From an uncultured delta proteobacterium (GTDB lineage: Bacteria > Desulfobacterota > Binatia > UBA9968), in contig CAWJZV010000006.1 of NCBI GenBank assembly GCA_963847445.1, positions 128,001 to 192,000 on the forward strand: 64,000 nt of DNA, read 5' to 3'. The notes below the pieces were generated by a model that was not told the DNA's origin, made no database searches, and was given only the letters and a program-made list of their open reading frames with translations. Below, one piece after another: positions 1 to 9,822 of the stretch (the first letter of the stretch is position 1; each line of letters begins with the position of its first letter). The position numbers and the translations under genes were made by a program.

Positions 1-818
1 CGCTGGTGGAAAAAACCTTTCGCCTCAACTTGGTCGAGAAGCGGCTGCAAGAGCTGATCGCCGAAGGCACGGTGCTGGTGGATGTCACCGGCGCGGCGGT
101 CGGTCAGGTCAACGGCCTAGCGGTGTATCAGATGGGCGACTTTAGTTTTGGCAAGCCGTCGCGTATCACGACAAAGACTTTCCTGGGCCGCAGCGGCATC
201 GTCAACATCGAGCGCGAGGCGAAGATGAGCGGCAGGAGTCATGACAAGGGCGTGCTGATCCTCGGCGGCTATTTGGGCGGCAAGTACGCCCAGCAAAGTC
301 CGCTATCGCTCTCCAGCACGATTTGTTTCGAGCAGTCTTACGATGGCGTCGACGGCGACAGTGCGTCGTCCACTGAACTCTACGCGATCCTTTCAAGTCT
401 TTCCGAAATGCCGATTCAGCAGGGCATCGCTGTCACCGGTTCAGTAAATCAAAACGGCGAGGTGCAAGCGATCGGCGGGGTCAATTTCAAGATCGAAGGC
501 CACTTCGATGTCTGCCGCTTGAAAGGACTGACCGGCGAACAGGGCGCGATGATCCCCCAGGCCAACGTGCACAATCTGATGCTCCGTGGCGACGTCGTCG
601 AGGCGGTCAAAGCCGGCAAGTTTCATATTTACTCTGTAAGTAGCATTGATGAAGGCATCGAAGTGCTCACCGGCGTCGCCGCCGGCGCGCGTCAAGCCGA
701 CGGCAGTTATCCCGACGGCACCATCAACGACCGGGTGCAAAAAAAATTGCAGCTGTTCACCGAACTGCAAAAAAAATTGACCGCGGGAGATCAAGAGCCG
801 GCGGCGACGAACAATTGA
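1..818 (+). CDS. Lon-like ATP-dependent protease (peptidase S16), C-terminal part; 5' end lies outside the window
   Basis: GQVNGLAV, VDGDSASSTE (catalytic Ser region) and IGGVNFKIEG (catalytic Lys) motifs of the Lon proteolytic domain. Confidence 0.9.
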   Translation, partial: LVEKTFRLNLVEKRLQELIAEGTVLVDVTGAAVGQVNGLAVYQMGDFSFGKPSRITTKTFLGRSGIVNIEREAKMSGRSHDKGVLILGGYLGGKYAQQSPLSLSSTICFEQSYDGVDGDSASSTELYAILSSLSEMPIQQGIAVTGSVNQNGEVQAIGGVNFKIEGHFDVCRLKGLTGEQGAMIPQANVHNLMLRGDVVEAVKAGKFHIYSVSSIDEGIEVLTGVAAGARQADGSYPDGTINDRVQKKLQLFTELQKKLTAGDQEPAATNN

Positions 819-888
819 TGTCTCGCTCGGAGAGAGTTGAAATGGCCTCGGCGTCCGTTGCCGTGAATATTCGTCATGCCGGCCCTAT

Positions 889-958
889 CGTCACCCCGGT
901 GGAAACCGGGGTCCATCCCAACCCCAGAATCTGGATACCGTTTTTCAACGGTATGACG
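889..958. repeat. REP-like double-palindrome element
   Basis: CGTCA...TGACG termini enclosing two hairpins: ccccggt-ggaa-accgggg and ataccgtt-tttc-aacggtat. Confidence 0.7.
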
Positions 959-1076
959 GACGCTGTCCGTCACCTGGACACGATTTTTCAACGGTACGAC
1001 TGAATCGCGAGTGGACTTCTAGTTGACAAGCTCAGAATCCCTCGGCGTGCCGCCGAGGATCGTTCAGCAGTCTGCG

Positions 1077-2138
1077 CTAACCTTCGCGCGGCTTGGCCGA
1101 CTCGGGCTTGATACCGAGGGGCACGGTCAAGTGAATCGACTTGCCTTTGCGGAGTATTGAAAGTTGCACCATGCGGCCGGCTTCCAGGCCGCCGACCATG
1201 CGAGTCACCTCGCGCGGGCTATCGACTTGAGTGTCGTTGACCGCGACGATGACATCCTGTTTTTGCACGCCCATCCGCGCCGCCGGTTGCCCCGGTAAAA
1301 CCGAGCTCACCACCACGCCTTTAGCGGGATAAATTCCTAATGATCTCGCCTGGCCCAGAGTGATGTCCGACATTTGCACGCCAAGCCAGCCCCAGGCGAA
1401 CCTCTCACCTTTGACCAAGCGGGGCAGAATTTTTTTGATTAAATTGATCGGCGTGGCGAAGCCGAGATTGCCGCGTTCGGAGGCCATGGTGATCATGCCG
1501 ACGACATCGCCCTGGCTATTCAACAGCGGCCCGCCGCTGACGCCGGGATAGGCGCCGGCATCGGTTTGAACGAAATCGTAACCCGCCGAGTCGGGATAGG
1601 TGCGCCCGGCGCGGCTGATGATGCCCAGGCTCATGGAACTCTCACGGCCAAACGGGTAGCTGAAGACAATCGCCAAGTCGCCGACCTGAATGCGCTCGGA
1701 ATCGCCGAAGCGCAGCACCGGCGCTGACCGCTCGCTTTGAATCTTCAACAGCGCCAGGTCGAGCTGACTGTCGGCGACGACCAAGCGCGCCGCCAGACGC
1801 TGGCCATCGGCGGTGCGGACTTCAATCTCCTTGGCCTTGTCGATGACATGCTGCGCCGTCAGGATGTAGCCTTCCGGATCGATGAAAAAGCCCGAGCCGC
1901 GGTTGCCTTGGGTTGGGCTATTGTCTGAACCGCTGACGCGAATCTGCACGATCGCCGGGCGGGAAGTTTTCGCCAACTGAACAAAGGCGCGATTGAGCCG
2001 GTCGAGATCGCTCTCGCTAGTTGGCGGCTGTGCTTCGCGCCAGTTAACCAGTGACGATTTATCAGTGTTTGTGTCCGCCCCCGGCGCGGCTGGAAAGCAC
2101 AGTGAAGCGAGTAGCAGTCCAATGATTAGATAGTGCAC
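1077..2138 (-). CDS. HtrA/DegP-family trypsin-like serine protease with one PDZ domain and signal peptide
   Basis: GSGF, LTAQHV (His), DLALL (Asp), PGVSGGPL (Ser), GWLGV start of PDZ; hydrophobic N-terminus; GAGGT SD before GTG. Confidence 0.92.
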   Translation of the reverse strand: MHYLIIGLLLASLCFPAAPGADTNTDKSSLVNWREAQPPTSESDLDRLNRAFVQLAKTSRPAIVQIRVSGSDNSPTQGNRGSGFFIDPEGYILTAQHVIDKAKEIEVRTADGQRLAARLVVADSQLDLALLKIQSERSAPVLRFGDSERIQVGDLAIVFSYPFGRESSMSLGIISRAGRTYPDSAGYDFVQTDAGAYPGVSGGPLLNSQGDVVGMITMASERGNLGFATPINLIKKILPRLVKGERFAWGWLGVQMSDITLGQARSLGIYPAKGVVVSSVLPGQPAARMGVQKQDVIVAVNDTQVDSPREVTRMVGGLEAGRMVQLSILRKGKSIHLTVPLGIKPESAKPREG

Positions 2139-2255
2139 GAATCCACCTCTCAGCGAGTCTGGCTGGCAGTCCCTTTATCGAAATCCTCCGGCGAGCACAA
2201 GCGCCAAAGCGGTTGGTCTTGCGTTTCACGCCAGGGCATATGCTATGGTTCGAGT

Positions 2256-3035
2256 ATGAACGACCTCGCCGACAAAATCGTTCTGGTCACCGGCGGCAGC
2301 GGCGGCATCGGTGCCGCCATCGCCGGGCAGTTCGCCATGCTCGGCTGCCGGGTAGCGATCGCAGCCCGCGATCACAAGAAACTTGCGACAGCGGCGGAAA
2401 AAATTGCTGAGAATGGCGCACAAGTCCGCGCGATTGCCTGTGACGTGACGCGCCGCGAGGAGGTGCAGCGGCTGCGGATTGCGATTCAAGAATTGTGGGG
2501 CGACGTGCAGATCTTGGTCAACAACGCCGGCATCGCCAGCGCTGTCAGCTTTGCCGACATGTCCGATGCAACCTGGGACCGAACCTTGGATACCAATCTG
2601 ACCGGCGCTTACAATTGCTGTAAAGTATTTTTACCGGCGATGATCGAAGCCAATTGGGGCCGCATCGTCAACATCGCTTCGACCGCGGCCAAAGTCGGCT
2701 ACAGCCATGTGACCGCCTACACCGCGTCGAAGCATGGGCTGCTCGGACTGACCCGGTCGTTAGCGCTGGAAACCGCGCGCCAGGGCGTGACCGTGAATGC
2801 GATTTGTCCGGGCTATGTCGACGACGAACGCACCCGCGAGAACGCGCGCATCATGGCCGAGAAGACCGGCAAGAGCGACGACGATATTTTAAAAATCTTC
2901 GCCGCCAGCGCGCCGCAGAACCGATTGATCGAAGCCACGGAAGTTGCGGCGCTGGCATGTTTGATCGCTTCGTCGCAAATGAGCGGCATGACCGGGCAGG
3001 CGATCAATGTCGACGGCGGCGCGGTGATGAGCTGA
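2256..3035 (+). CDS. Short-chain dehydrogenase/reductase (FabG / 3-hydroxybutyrate dehydrogenase-like)
   Basis: TGGSGGIG, NNAG and YTASK motifs; start set at ATG 2256. Confidence 0.92.
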   Translation: MNDLADKIVLVTGGSGGIGAAIAGQFAMLGCRVAIAARDHKKLATAAEKIAENGAQVRAIACDVTRREEVQRLRIAIQELWGDVQILVNNAGIASAVSFADMSDATWDRTLDTNLTGAYNCCKVFLPAMIEANWGRIVNIASTAAKVGYSHVTAYTASKHGLLGLTRSLALETARQGVTVNAICPGYVDDERTRENARIMAEKTGKSDDDILKIFAASAPQNRLIEATEVAALACLIASSQMSGMTGQAINVDGGAVMS

Positions 3036-3124
3036 CGGAAATGCGCCGGACTTCAAAGAAGGCTATCGGGCGTTTGCCGAGAAGCGACCGGCGAAGTTCA
3101 ATCAATCCTAGTTAGAGTTTCTCG

Positions 3125-4262
3125 ATGTTGCCTTTTTTCACGCACGATCATGCCACATTGCAGGCGCAAGCTCGCTTGTGGGCGGAAAAGAATCTGTTCG
3201 CCGGCCATGGCAGCGAAGATCTAGAGCGGCACGCCAGGACATTGGTTAAGCAACTGGGCTTGGCGGGCTTCCTCAAGCATGCCGTGTCGAAGCAGTTCGG
3301 CGGGGTTCGTGAGCAAGTCGAAGCGCGCGATCTTTGCATCCTGCGCGAAGAGCTGGCGCGCGGCGATGCGCTCGCCGATACTATGTTCGCGTTGCAGGCG
3401 CTGGGCAGCTATCCGATTACGCTGGCGGGAAACGCCGCACAAAAACAAAACTATTTGTCGCAGGTTGCCAGCGGCGACGCGATCGCTGCGTTTGCGATCA
3501 CCGAACCGGAGGCGGGTTCCGACGTCGCTGCGCTACAAACAACCGCGCTGCGCCAGGGCGAACAATTCGCTCTAAACGGCACCAAGCGATTTATTTCCAA
3601 CGCCGGCATCGCAGACTTCTACGTGGTCTTCGCGTCGACTGAGCCGGAGAAGAAAGCAAAAGGCGTGAGCGCTTTCATCGTCGACGCGACCACGCAAGGC
3701 TGGGCCGTAACGGAAAAAACTAAGCTGCTTTCACCGCATCCGATCGGTGTGCTCGAATTCACCGGCTGCGTTGTGCCGCAAGGCGCATTGCTCGGCGCCG
3801 AGGGCGACGGTTTGAAGATTGCTTTGGAGACCCTCGATCTATTGCGTTGCAGCGTTGGCGCCGCCGCCGTCGGGTTTGCCCAACGGGCTTTGGAAGAAGC
3901 GATTCGTTACAGCAAGACGCGCCGGCAGTTTGGCCGGGCCATCGCTGAGTTCCAAGGGATTGAATTCAAGCTCGCTGAGATGGCTACGGATTTAGAAGCG
4001 GCGCGCTTGTTAGTCTACCAAGCTGCTTGGGCTCATGATGTGGGCAATGCGGATGCCAAACTGAAATCGTCGATGGCGAAATTCTACGCCACCGAAGCGG
4101 CCCAGCGCATCGTCGATCAAGCATTACAGATTCACGGCGGCAACGGTCTCGATCGCCGGCAGCATCATGGAGCGGCTCTACCGTGATGTGCGCGCGCTGA
4201 GGATTTACGAAGGGACTTCGGAAATTCAGAAAATCGTCATCGCCCGGGGATTGCTGAAATAG
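3125..4262 (+). CDS. Acyl-CoA dehydrogenase with one frameshift near 4150 (probably sequencing error)
   Basis: [11 protein letters not shown] and [10 protein letters not shown] motifs; conserved C-terminus [21 protein letters not shown] continues in another frame to TAG at 4260-4262. Confidence 0.9.
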
Positions 4263-4345
4263 GCTCGGCCGAAGGCTGATCAGCCATCTGACAGAGGCCG
4301 GAAGTCAGAGGTCAGGTGTCGGCAAAAAAGAGGGATCGAAACCGA

Positions 4346-5331
4346 ATGATTAAAAAAGTTCTTTGTCTGCGCTCTTAGCGCTCTACTCTTGGCGCTTAGC
4401 TTTCCAGTTGAGGCGCAGCAACCGAGAAGATTCCTCGGATAGGATACCTAAATGCTACCTCCGCTTCCACGATCCCCGCCCGCGTTGAGGCGTTTCGCCA
4501 GGGTCTACGTGAGCTTGGATACGTGGAGGGGAAGAATATTGTCATCGAGTTTCGACATGCAGAGGGAAAACTCGATCGTCTCCCCTCGCTCGCGGCGGAG
4601 CTTGTGCGTCTCAAAGTCGACATCATCGTCTCGGGTGGCCCGAGCAGCAACCCGTCCCGCCAAGGAAGCAACTGCTACGATTCCCATCGTCATGGCGACG
4701 GATAATGATCCTGTTGCCACCGGGATCGTCGCCAGCCTGGCGCGACCAGGCGGAAATATCACTGGATTGTCCACCCTTGCCCCGGAGATTAGCGGAAAAC
4801 AACTGGAGCTTCTGAAAGAGATCGTTCCCAAACTCTCGCGTGTGGCCGTGCTCGGGACTTCAACCATCCCGAGGCAAGTACAATCGTTAAGAGAGGTGGA
4901 TCTCGCCGCAGGGGCGTTGAAAGTGAAGATTCAATACCTAGACGTACTCGATCCCAATGCCATTGAAACCGCATTTCAAAACGCAACCAAAAGACGTGCT
5001 GATGCACTCCTCGTGCTCCCAGAGCGCCGTCATGAATCCTCAGCGAGAAAAGGTTGCGGATTTAGCGGCAAAGAACCGGCTCCCGGCGATTTACTTCCAA
5101 AGCCAATATATGGAAGTCGGCGGCCTCATGTACTATGGCCCGAATACTGCCGACTTGTTCCGCCGCGCCGCTACGTATGTGGACAAAATTTTGAAGGGAA
5201 GGACGCCCGCGGATCTTCCCGTCGAGCAGCCGATCAAGTTCGAGTTCATCGTCAATCTGAAAGCCGCCAAGCAGATCGGTTTGACGATTCCGCCGAATGT
5301 GTTGGTGCGGGCGGATCGGGTGATCAGATAA
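4346..5331 (+). CDS. ABC transporter substrate-binding protein (COG2984 / ABC_sub_bind type), about four frameshifts; sequencing error or pseudogene
   Basis: Fragments in successive frames: GYVEGKNIVIEFR, SLARPGGNITGLS, GKQLELLKE, ATYVDKILKGRTPADLPVEQP, NLKAAKQIGLTIP. Confidence 0.8.
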
Positions 5332-5483
5332 GGCAAAAGTAAAAGTTATGAAGGCAAAATAAAGATTTCGGATTGCCGTCTGCGGGGCCGCTCTTGGATG
5401 AGTTTCACCTCCGTGTCAGATAGCCCAATTGGAGAACTGAAGAATTATTGCGCGGCACTGGAGGGCGTGGTACGGTTTTGGAC

Positions 5484-5840
5484 ATGAGCGCGGACGCCGT
5501 CAAAAAGATCATTGACCCTTTTCTCACTCATGGGATTTGTAAAGATGAGGCCGAGGCGTTGAAGATGCTGGCCAAGGATTACGTCCGGCGTCAGGTCAGT
5601 AAATATCACGAGCGAGTGGAGCATTTTCGCTCCTTCTACCAGATGTCGGTGGAAGATTTTGCCAAGCAGGTGGCTGCGCTTTGCCAGGGAACCGAGACAA
5701 TCCCTGTGTTGAGCCATCTGAACAAACAACAACAGATCTTGCAGGCCGAGGATGATTTAGAGGAATGGCAGGCCGCCGAGCAGTTCCTAGCCCGCTGGCA
5801 GGCAGTGGAGGCGGATTTGCCGAATGCTCCCGCTGCTTGA
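5484..5840 (+). CDS. Small helical protein, putative antitoxin of the downstream TumE-like gene
   Basis: 118 aa with acidic EDDLEEW segment; overlaps the next ORF; two-gene TA-like layout. Confidence 0.6.
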   Translation: MSADAVKKIIDPFLTHGICKDEAEALKMLAKDYVRRQVSKYHERVEHFRSFYQMSVEDFAKQVAALCQGTETIPVLSHLNKQQQILQAEDDLEEWQAAEQFLARWQAVEADLPNAPAA

Positions 5841-6168
5841 GTCTCTCCTACGGACTTCTTCTAAGGTCAAATCCTTTCATATCATCGATAGCGATCCGCT
5901 CGATGAGGAGAACTTCCTCTTTAAGATCCGCTGTGAGCTGATATCGGGACAAACCCTCCAGATAAGGCTTCGAGCAGTTTTCGGCAGCATCCGATATTCA
6001 TATCAGGAATTCTCAGAAATCCCATTGCGGCGCTGGGATAACGCGCCCCATTTTCCCAATCTTCCGAACTTTCCACACCATCATCACGACTCTCAAGGCA
6101 ACATTTTGGAATCAACGCTGACAGGCGATCCGACCGCCGACCTTGATCGAGTGTTAAATACACTATAG
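5824..6168 (+). CDS. DUF6516 / TumE-family putative toxin
   Basis: YSYQ...RRWDNAPHFP....FPHHHH signature typical of DUF6516. Confidence 0.75.
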   Translation: MLPLLESLLRTSSKVKSFHIIDSDPLDEENFLFKIRCELISGQTLQIRLRAVFGSIRYSYQEFSEIPLRRWDNAPHFPNLPNFPHHHHDSQGNILESTLTGDPTADLDRVLNTL

Positions 6169-6326
6169 CAATCGTTCCAACGTGGTTGCCGTTCGTTCGG
6201 TGGAGTCATGCGAAGTTTAGATGAACAGTATTGCTGCTTGTAATCTAACACTCCGCCGACAAGTTTTTTGCCGAAAGCGCTGGGCGGGTTCGTCAATAGA
6301 AAGTTACTTTTTGCTACGGAGGAACG

Positions 6327-7478
6327 ATGGATTTTGATTTGTCAGACGAGTTGATCGCCGTGCGCGACTTGGCGCGGGAGTTTGCCGAAAAGGAAATCGC
6401 GCCGACCGCGGCCAAGGACGATAAGGAACAGAATTTTCGCGGCGATCTGGTTCGGAAGATGGGCGAGCTGGGGTTCTATGGCACGATGATTCCAGAAAAC
6501 TACGGCGGCAACGGTCTGGGTTTTCTCGCCATGGTGCTGATCACCGAGGAGATCGCGCGCGTGCATAGTGCCATGCGCGTCGCGATCAATATGCAGATCG
6601 GTCCGGCGTTGACGCTGCTGCAATTTGGTAGCGAAGAACAGAAAAAGAAATTCATTCCGGGTTTGATGTCGGGAGAAACCATCGGTTGTTTTGCCATCAC
6701 CGAATCCGACGCCGGCTCGGATGTCGCGGCGATGCGCACGACGGCGACGCGCAGCGGCGATAACTATTTACTCAACGGCGGCAAGATTTGGATATCCAAC
6801 GGCCCGGTGACCAACGGCGGGCTGGTATACGCCTACACGGATAGAGCGCAAAAACACCGCGGCATGAGCGCCTTTTATACCGACTGGAGCGAGCCCGGAT
6901 TGACGCGCAAGTCATTGGAAACCATGGGCGCGCATTGTTCGCCGTTGGGCGAACTGACCTTCGACAATTTTCCGATTCCTGCGTCGAACCTTTTAGGCAA
7001 TGAGGGTGACGGTTTCAAAATCTGCATGTGGCAGTTGAATCAAACCCGGCTCAACTGCGCCGCCGGCGCATTAGGCGTTGCCCGTGCCGCGAAAGAGGCC
7101 GCGCTGAATTACTGCAACCAGCGCGCCCAGTTCGGCCAGAAGATCGGTGAGTTTCAGATGAATCAAGACTTGATTGCGCAGATGATCGTTCACGAAGAAG
7201 CGGCGCGGCTGCTGGTTTACCGAGCCGCGTGGCTGGCGGATCAGCAAAAACCGAATAATTTGGAGACTTCCATCGGTAAGTACTGCGCGGCGGAGGCCGC
7301 CAACTTCGCCGCCGACGCGGCGATGAAGATTCTCGGCGCCTACGGCTACTCCACCGAGTTCCCGGTGGAGCGGTACTACCGTGACGCCAAGTCGTACCAG
7401 ATCGTCGAAGGTTCCTCCAACGTGCAAAAGATGATCATCGCCCAGGATGCGTTGGGGTATCGCAAGGCGAATCGCTGA
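6327..7478 (+). CDS. Acyl-CoA dehydrogenase, glutaryl-CoA dehydrogenase (non-decarboxylating Acd)-like
   Basis: FAITESDAGSD; C-terminus RYYRDAKSYQIVEGSSNVQKMIIAQDALGYRKANR resembles the deltaproteobacterial Acd; GGAGG SD. Confidence 0.85.
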   Translation: MDFDLSDELIAVRDLAREFAEKEIAPTAAKDDKEQNFRGDLVRKMGELGFYGTMIPENYGGNGLGFLAMVLITEEIARVHSAMRVAINMQIGPALTLLQFGSEEQKKKFIPGLMSGETIGCFAITESDAGSDVAAMRTTATRSGDNYLLNGGKIWISNGPVTNGGLVYAYTDRAQKHRGMSAFYTDWSEPGLTRKSLETMGAHCSPLGELTFDNFPIPASNLLGNEGDGFKICMWQLNQTRLNCAAGALGVARAAKEAALNYCNQRAQFGQKIGEFQMNQDLIAQMIVHEEAARLLVYRAAWLADQQKPNNLETSIGKYCAAEAANFAADAAMKILGAYGYSTEFPVERYYRDAKSYQIVEGSSNVQKMIIAQDALGYRKANR

Positions 7479-7480
7479 TC

Positions 7481-9001
7481 TCACTGTTGAGCGAGGATGC
7501 GCTGGATCAGCTCCATGTTTAAGCTTGCTCGCACGTGAGCGGCGAGCCGGTCGTATTGCTCGTCGGCGGAAAAGTTCGCGACGCTTGGCGCCAGCGTCAG
7601 TCCTTTTCGCTCGGCGAGTTCGAGCAATATCGCCCGGCGCAACCCATGGTTGTGAAACAGGCCGTGAATGTAGGTGCCGACCACGTTGCCATCGGCGCTG
7701 AGAGTTCCGTCGCCATCCGAGCAAATTTGCTGGGAGCGTTGCTCGATTAGAAACGGTTGCGATACCCCCTGACCTTCGGTTTGCCCCATGTGAATCTCAT
7801 ATCCGGAAATGACCGCATTTTGCGCTTTGGCGAGCAGGCCGAAGCCGGCCAAAGTGCGCGCGCGCACTTGATGGGTCGATTTCACTGGGAGAAAGCGTGT
7901 CGCCACTGGCAAGAGTCCAATGCCGGCGGTCAGCGCCGTCGATGACTCGATCAGTTCGGGATCGTGAATGGCGCTGCCGAGCATCTGATAGCCGGCGCAA
8001 ATGCCGATGATCGGGACGCCAGCCGAAGCCGCGCGCAGAATCTGCTGTACCCGGCCGCCGCTGCGGAGATAACCAAGATCGGCCACCGTCGCTTTGCTTC
8101 CAGGAAGAATAATCAGATCAGGTGCGCCAAGATCGTCGCCGGCTTCGACGTAACGCAACCGCACGCGCGGTTCACGTTCAAAGGGATCGAAGTCATCAAA
8201 GTTGGCGATATGCGGCAGAGCGATGACGGCGATATCGAGGTCGAAATCGCGGCGATTTTTCATCATGTAGCGTTTTTCCAAGGCGACGGAATCTTCCTCG
8301 GCGATATGGATATCGTGGTAATAGGGCACCACGCCGGCGACCGGTATTCCGGTGCGCGCTTCCAACCAATCCAGTCCCGGTGTGAGCAATGCGACATCGC
8401 CGCGAAATTTATTGACGATGAACGCTTTGACTCTTTCCTTCTCCGGCGCTTCGAGCAGTTCCAGGGTTCCCACCAGCGCGGCAAATATCCCGCCGCGGTC
8501 GATATCGGCGGCGAGCAACACCGGCGCGTGACAGTGAAGCGCGACTTTCATGTTCACCAGATCGCGATCCTTGAGATTGATCTCCGCGGGGCTGCCAGCG
8601 CCTTCGATGACGACGACATCGTAAGCGCCGCGCAGATCGTCGAGAGATTCCGTGATCGCGCACCAGAGTTCGGCTTTGAGTTGGGGAAAGCGTGCCGCGG
8701 AGATTCGCGTCAGCGGTTTGCCCCGGACGATAATCTGCGCGTGATTATCGCTTTCAGGTTTCAACAGCACCGGGTTCATGGCGACCGTCGGCGCAATGCC
8801 CGCCGCTTCGGCTTGGACCACTTGGGCGCGGCCGATCTCGTCGCCGGCGGCGGTGACGAAGGAGTTGAGCGACATGTTTTGCGCCTTGAACGGCGCGACT
8901 TTCAACCCCTGCTGTTTGAAAATACGGCACAGCGCCGTGACCAGAATGCTTTTGCCGACCGATGAACCGGTTCCTTGGACCATTAGCGTTTTGGCGAGCA
9001 T
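7481..9001 (-). CDS. cobQ: Cobyric acid synthase
   Basis: MVQGTGSSVGKS, FKAQNMSLNS, IEGAGSPAEINL, GICAGYQMLG, GYEIHMG, GTYIHG motifs. Confidence 0.97.
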   Translation of the reverse strand: MLAKTLMVQGTGSSVGKSILVTALCRIFKQQGLKVAPFKAQNMSLNSFVTAAGDEIGRAQVVQAEAAGIAPTVAMNPVLLKPESDNHAQIIVRGKPLTRISAARFPQLKAELWCAITESLDDLRGAYDVVVIEGAGSPAEINLKDRDLVNMKVALHCHAPVLLAADIDRGGIFAALVGTLELLEAPEKERVKAFIVNKFRGDVALLTPGLDWLEARTGIPVAGVVPYYHDIHIAEEDSVALEKRYMMKNRRDFDLDIAVIALPHIANFDDFDPFEREPRVRLRYVEAGDDLGAPDLIILPGSKATVADLGYLRSGGRVQQILRAASAGVPIIGICAGYQMLGSAIHDPELIESSTALTAGIGLLPVATRFLPVKSTHQVRARTLAGFGLLAKAQNAVISGYEIHMGQTEGQGVSQPFLIEQRSQQICSDGDGTLSADGNVVGTYIHGLFHNHGLRRAILLELAERKGLTLAPSVANFSADEQYDRLAAHVRASLNMELIQRILAQQ

Positions 9002-9023
9002 ATTTGTGCGTTCGGGTGGGAGA

Positions 9024-9818
9024 TCACTTGGAAAATGGATCGCGCGGTACGAAGTAGCGTGGGCGTGAATCGGTTCCGGCGATCGCTGTCATGTCGACGT
9101 TCAGTAGCGCTTTGATGCTGGCTTCATTGATGACCTCGGTGACGGGACCGAAGCCGCGCAACACGCCGCCGCTCAGCAGCAGCGCTTGGTCGGCGAATAG
9201 CGAAGCCAGATTCACGTCATGCAGCACGGTGATGACGGTGATTTCCTCGTCGACGCATAGCCGTCTCAATGCCGAGAGAATTTGTAATTGAAACTTGAGA
9301 TCGAGATGCAGCGTCGGCTCGTCGAGAAGTATGACCCGTGCCGATTGCGCCAGGGCGCGGGCGATCAAGACTTTCTGCTTCTCGCCGCCGCTCAGCGTGT
9401 TGAACTGCCGGTCGCTCAGTTCAATCGCCGCGGTTCTTTCCAACGCGTTGGCAATGGCGAGTTTGTCGGCGGCGGATTCCTTGCCGCGCGCGCCATGGGG
9501 ATAACGGCCGAGGGATACCAGCTCGCGTACGGTCAGGGGAAAGCTTAGTGCGGGTTGCTGGGAAACATAGGCGATGGTTTTCGCTCGCGCTTTGGGGTGA
9601 TAAGTCGACAGGGCTTGGCCGTGCAGCGTCACCGTGCCGGAGTTCGGCGCCAGCAGGCCGAGCAAGATTTTCAGTAGCGTGGTTTTGCCCGAGCCGTTGG
9701 GGCCGATTAGGGCGATGAGTTCTCCGGCGGCGATGGCGAACGAAAGGTTATTTAACAGCAGGCCGCCGTTGTAGCCGAAGGCGATGTTGCGGACTTCGAG
9801 AGCGCTCGTCGATGTCAT
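9024..9818 (-). CDS. Corrinoid/siderophore ABC transporter ATPase (BtuD/FhuC-like)
   Basis: GPNGSGKTT Walker A, LSGGEKQ signature, LLDEPT, H-loop. Confidence 0.93.
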   Translation of the reverse strand: MTSTSALEVRNIAFGYNGGLLLNNLSFAIAAGELIALIGPNGSGKTTLLKILLGLLAPNSGTVTLHGQALSTYHPKARAKTIAYVSQQPALSFPLTVRELVSLGRYPHGARGKESAADKLAIANALERTAAIELSDRQFNTLSGGEKQKVLIARALAQSARVILLDEPTLHLDLKFQLQILSALRRLCVDEEITVITVLHDVNLASLFADQALLLSGGVLRGFGPVTEVINEASIKALLNVDMTAIAGTDSRPRYFVPRDPFSK

Positions 9819-9822
9819 GTTA

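Noticed and set aside
815-1003. 62-aa ORF overlapping the Lon stop codon
   Set aside because: Largely made of the REP-like palindrome; probably non-coding
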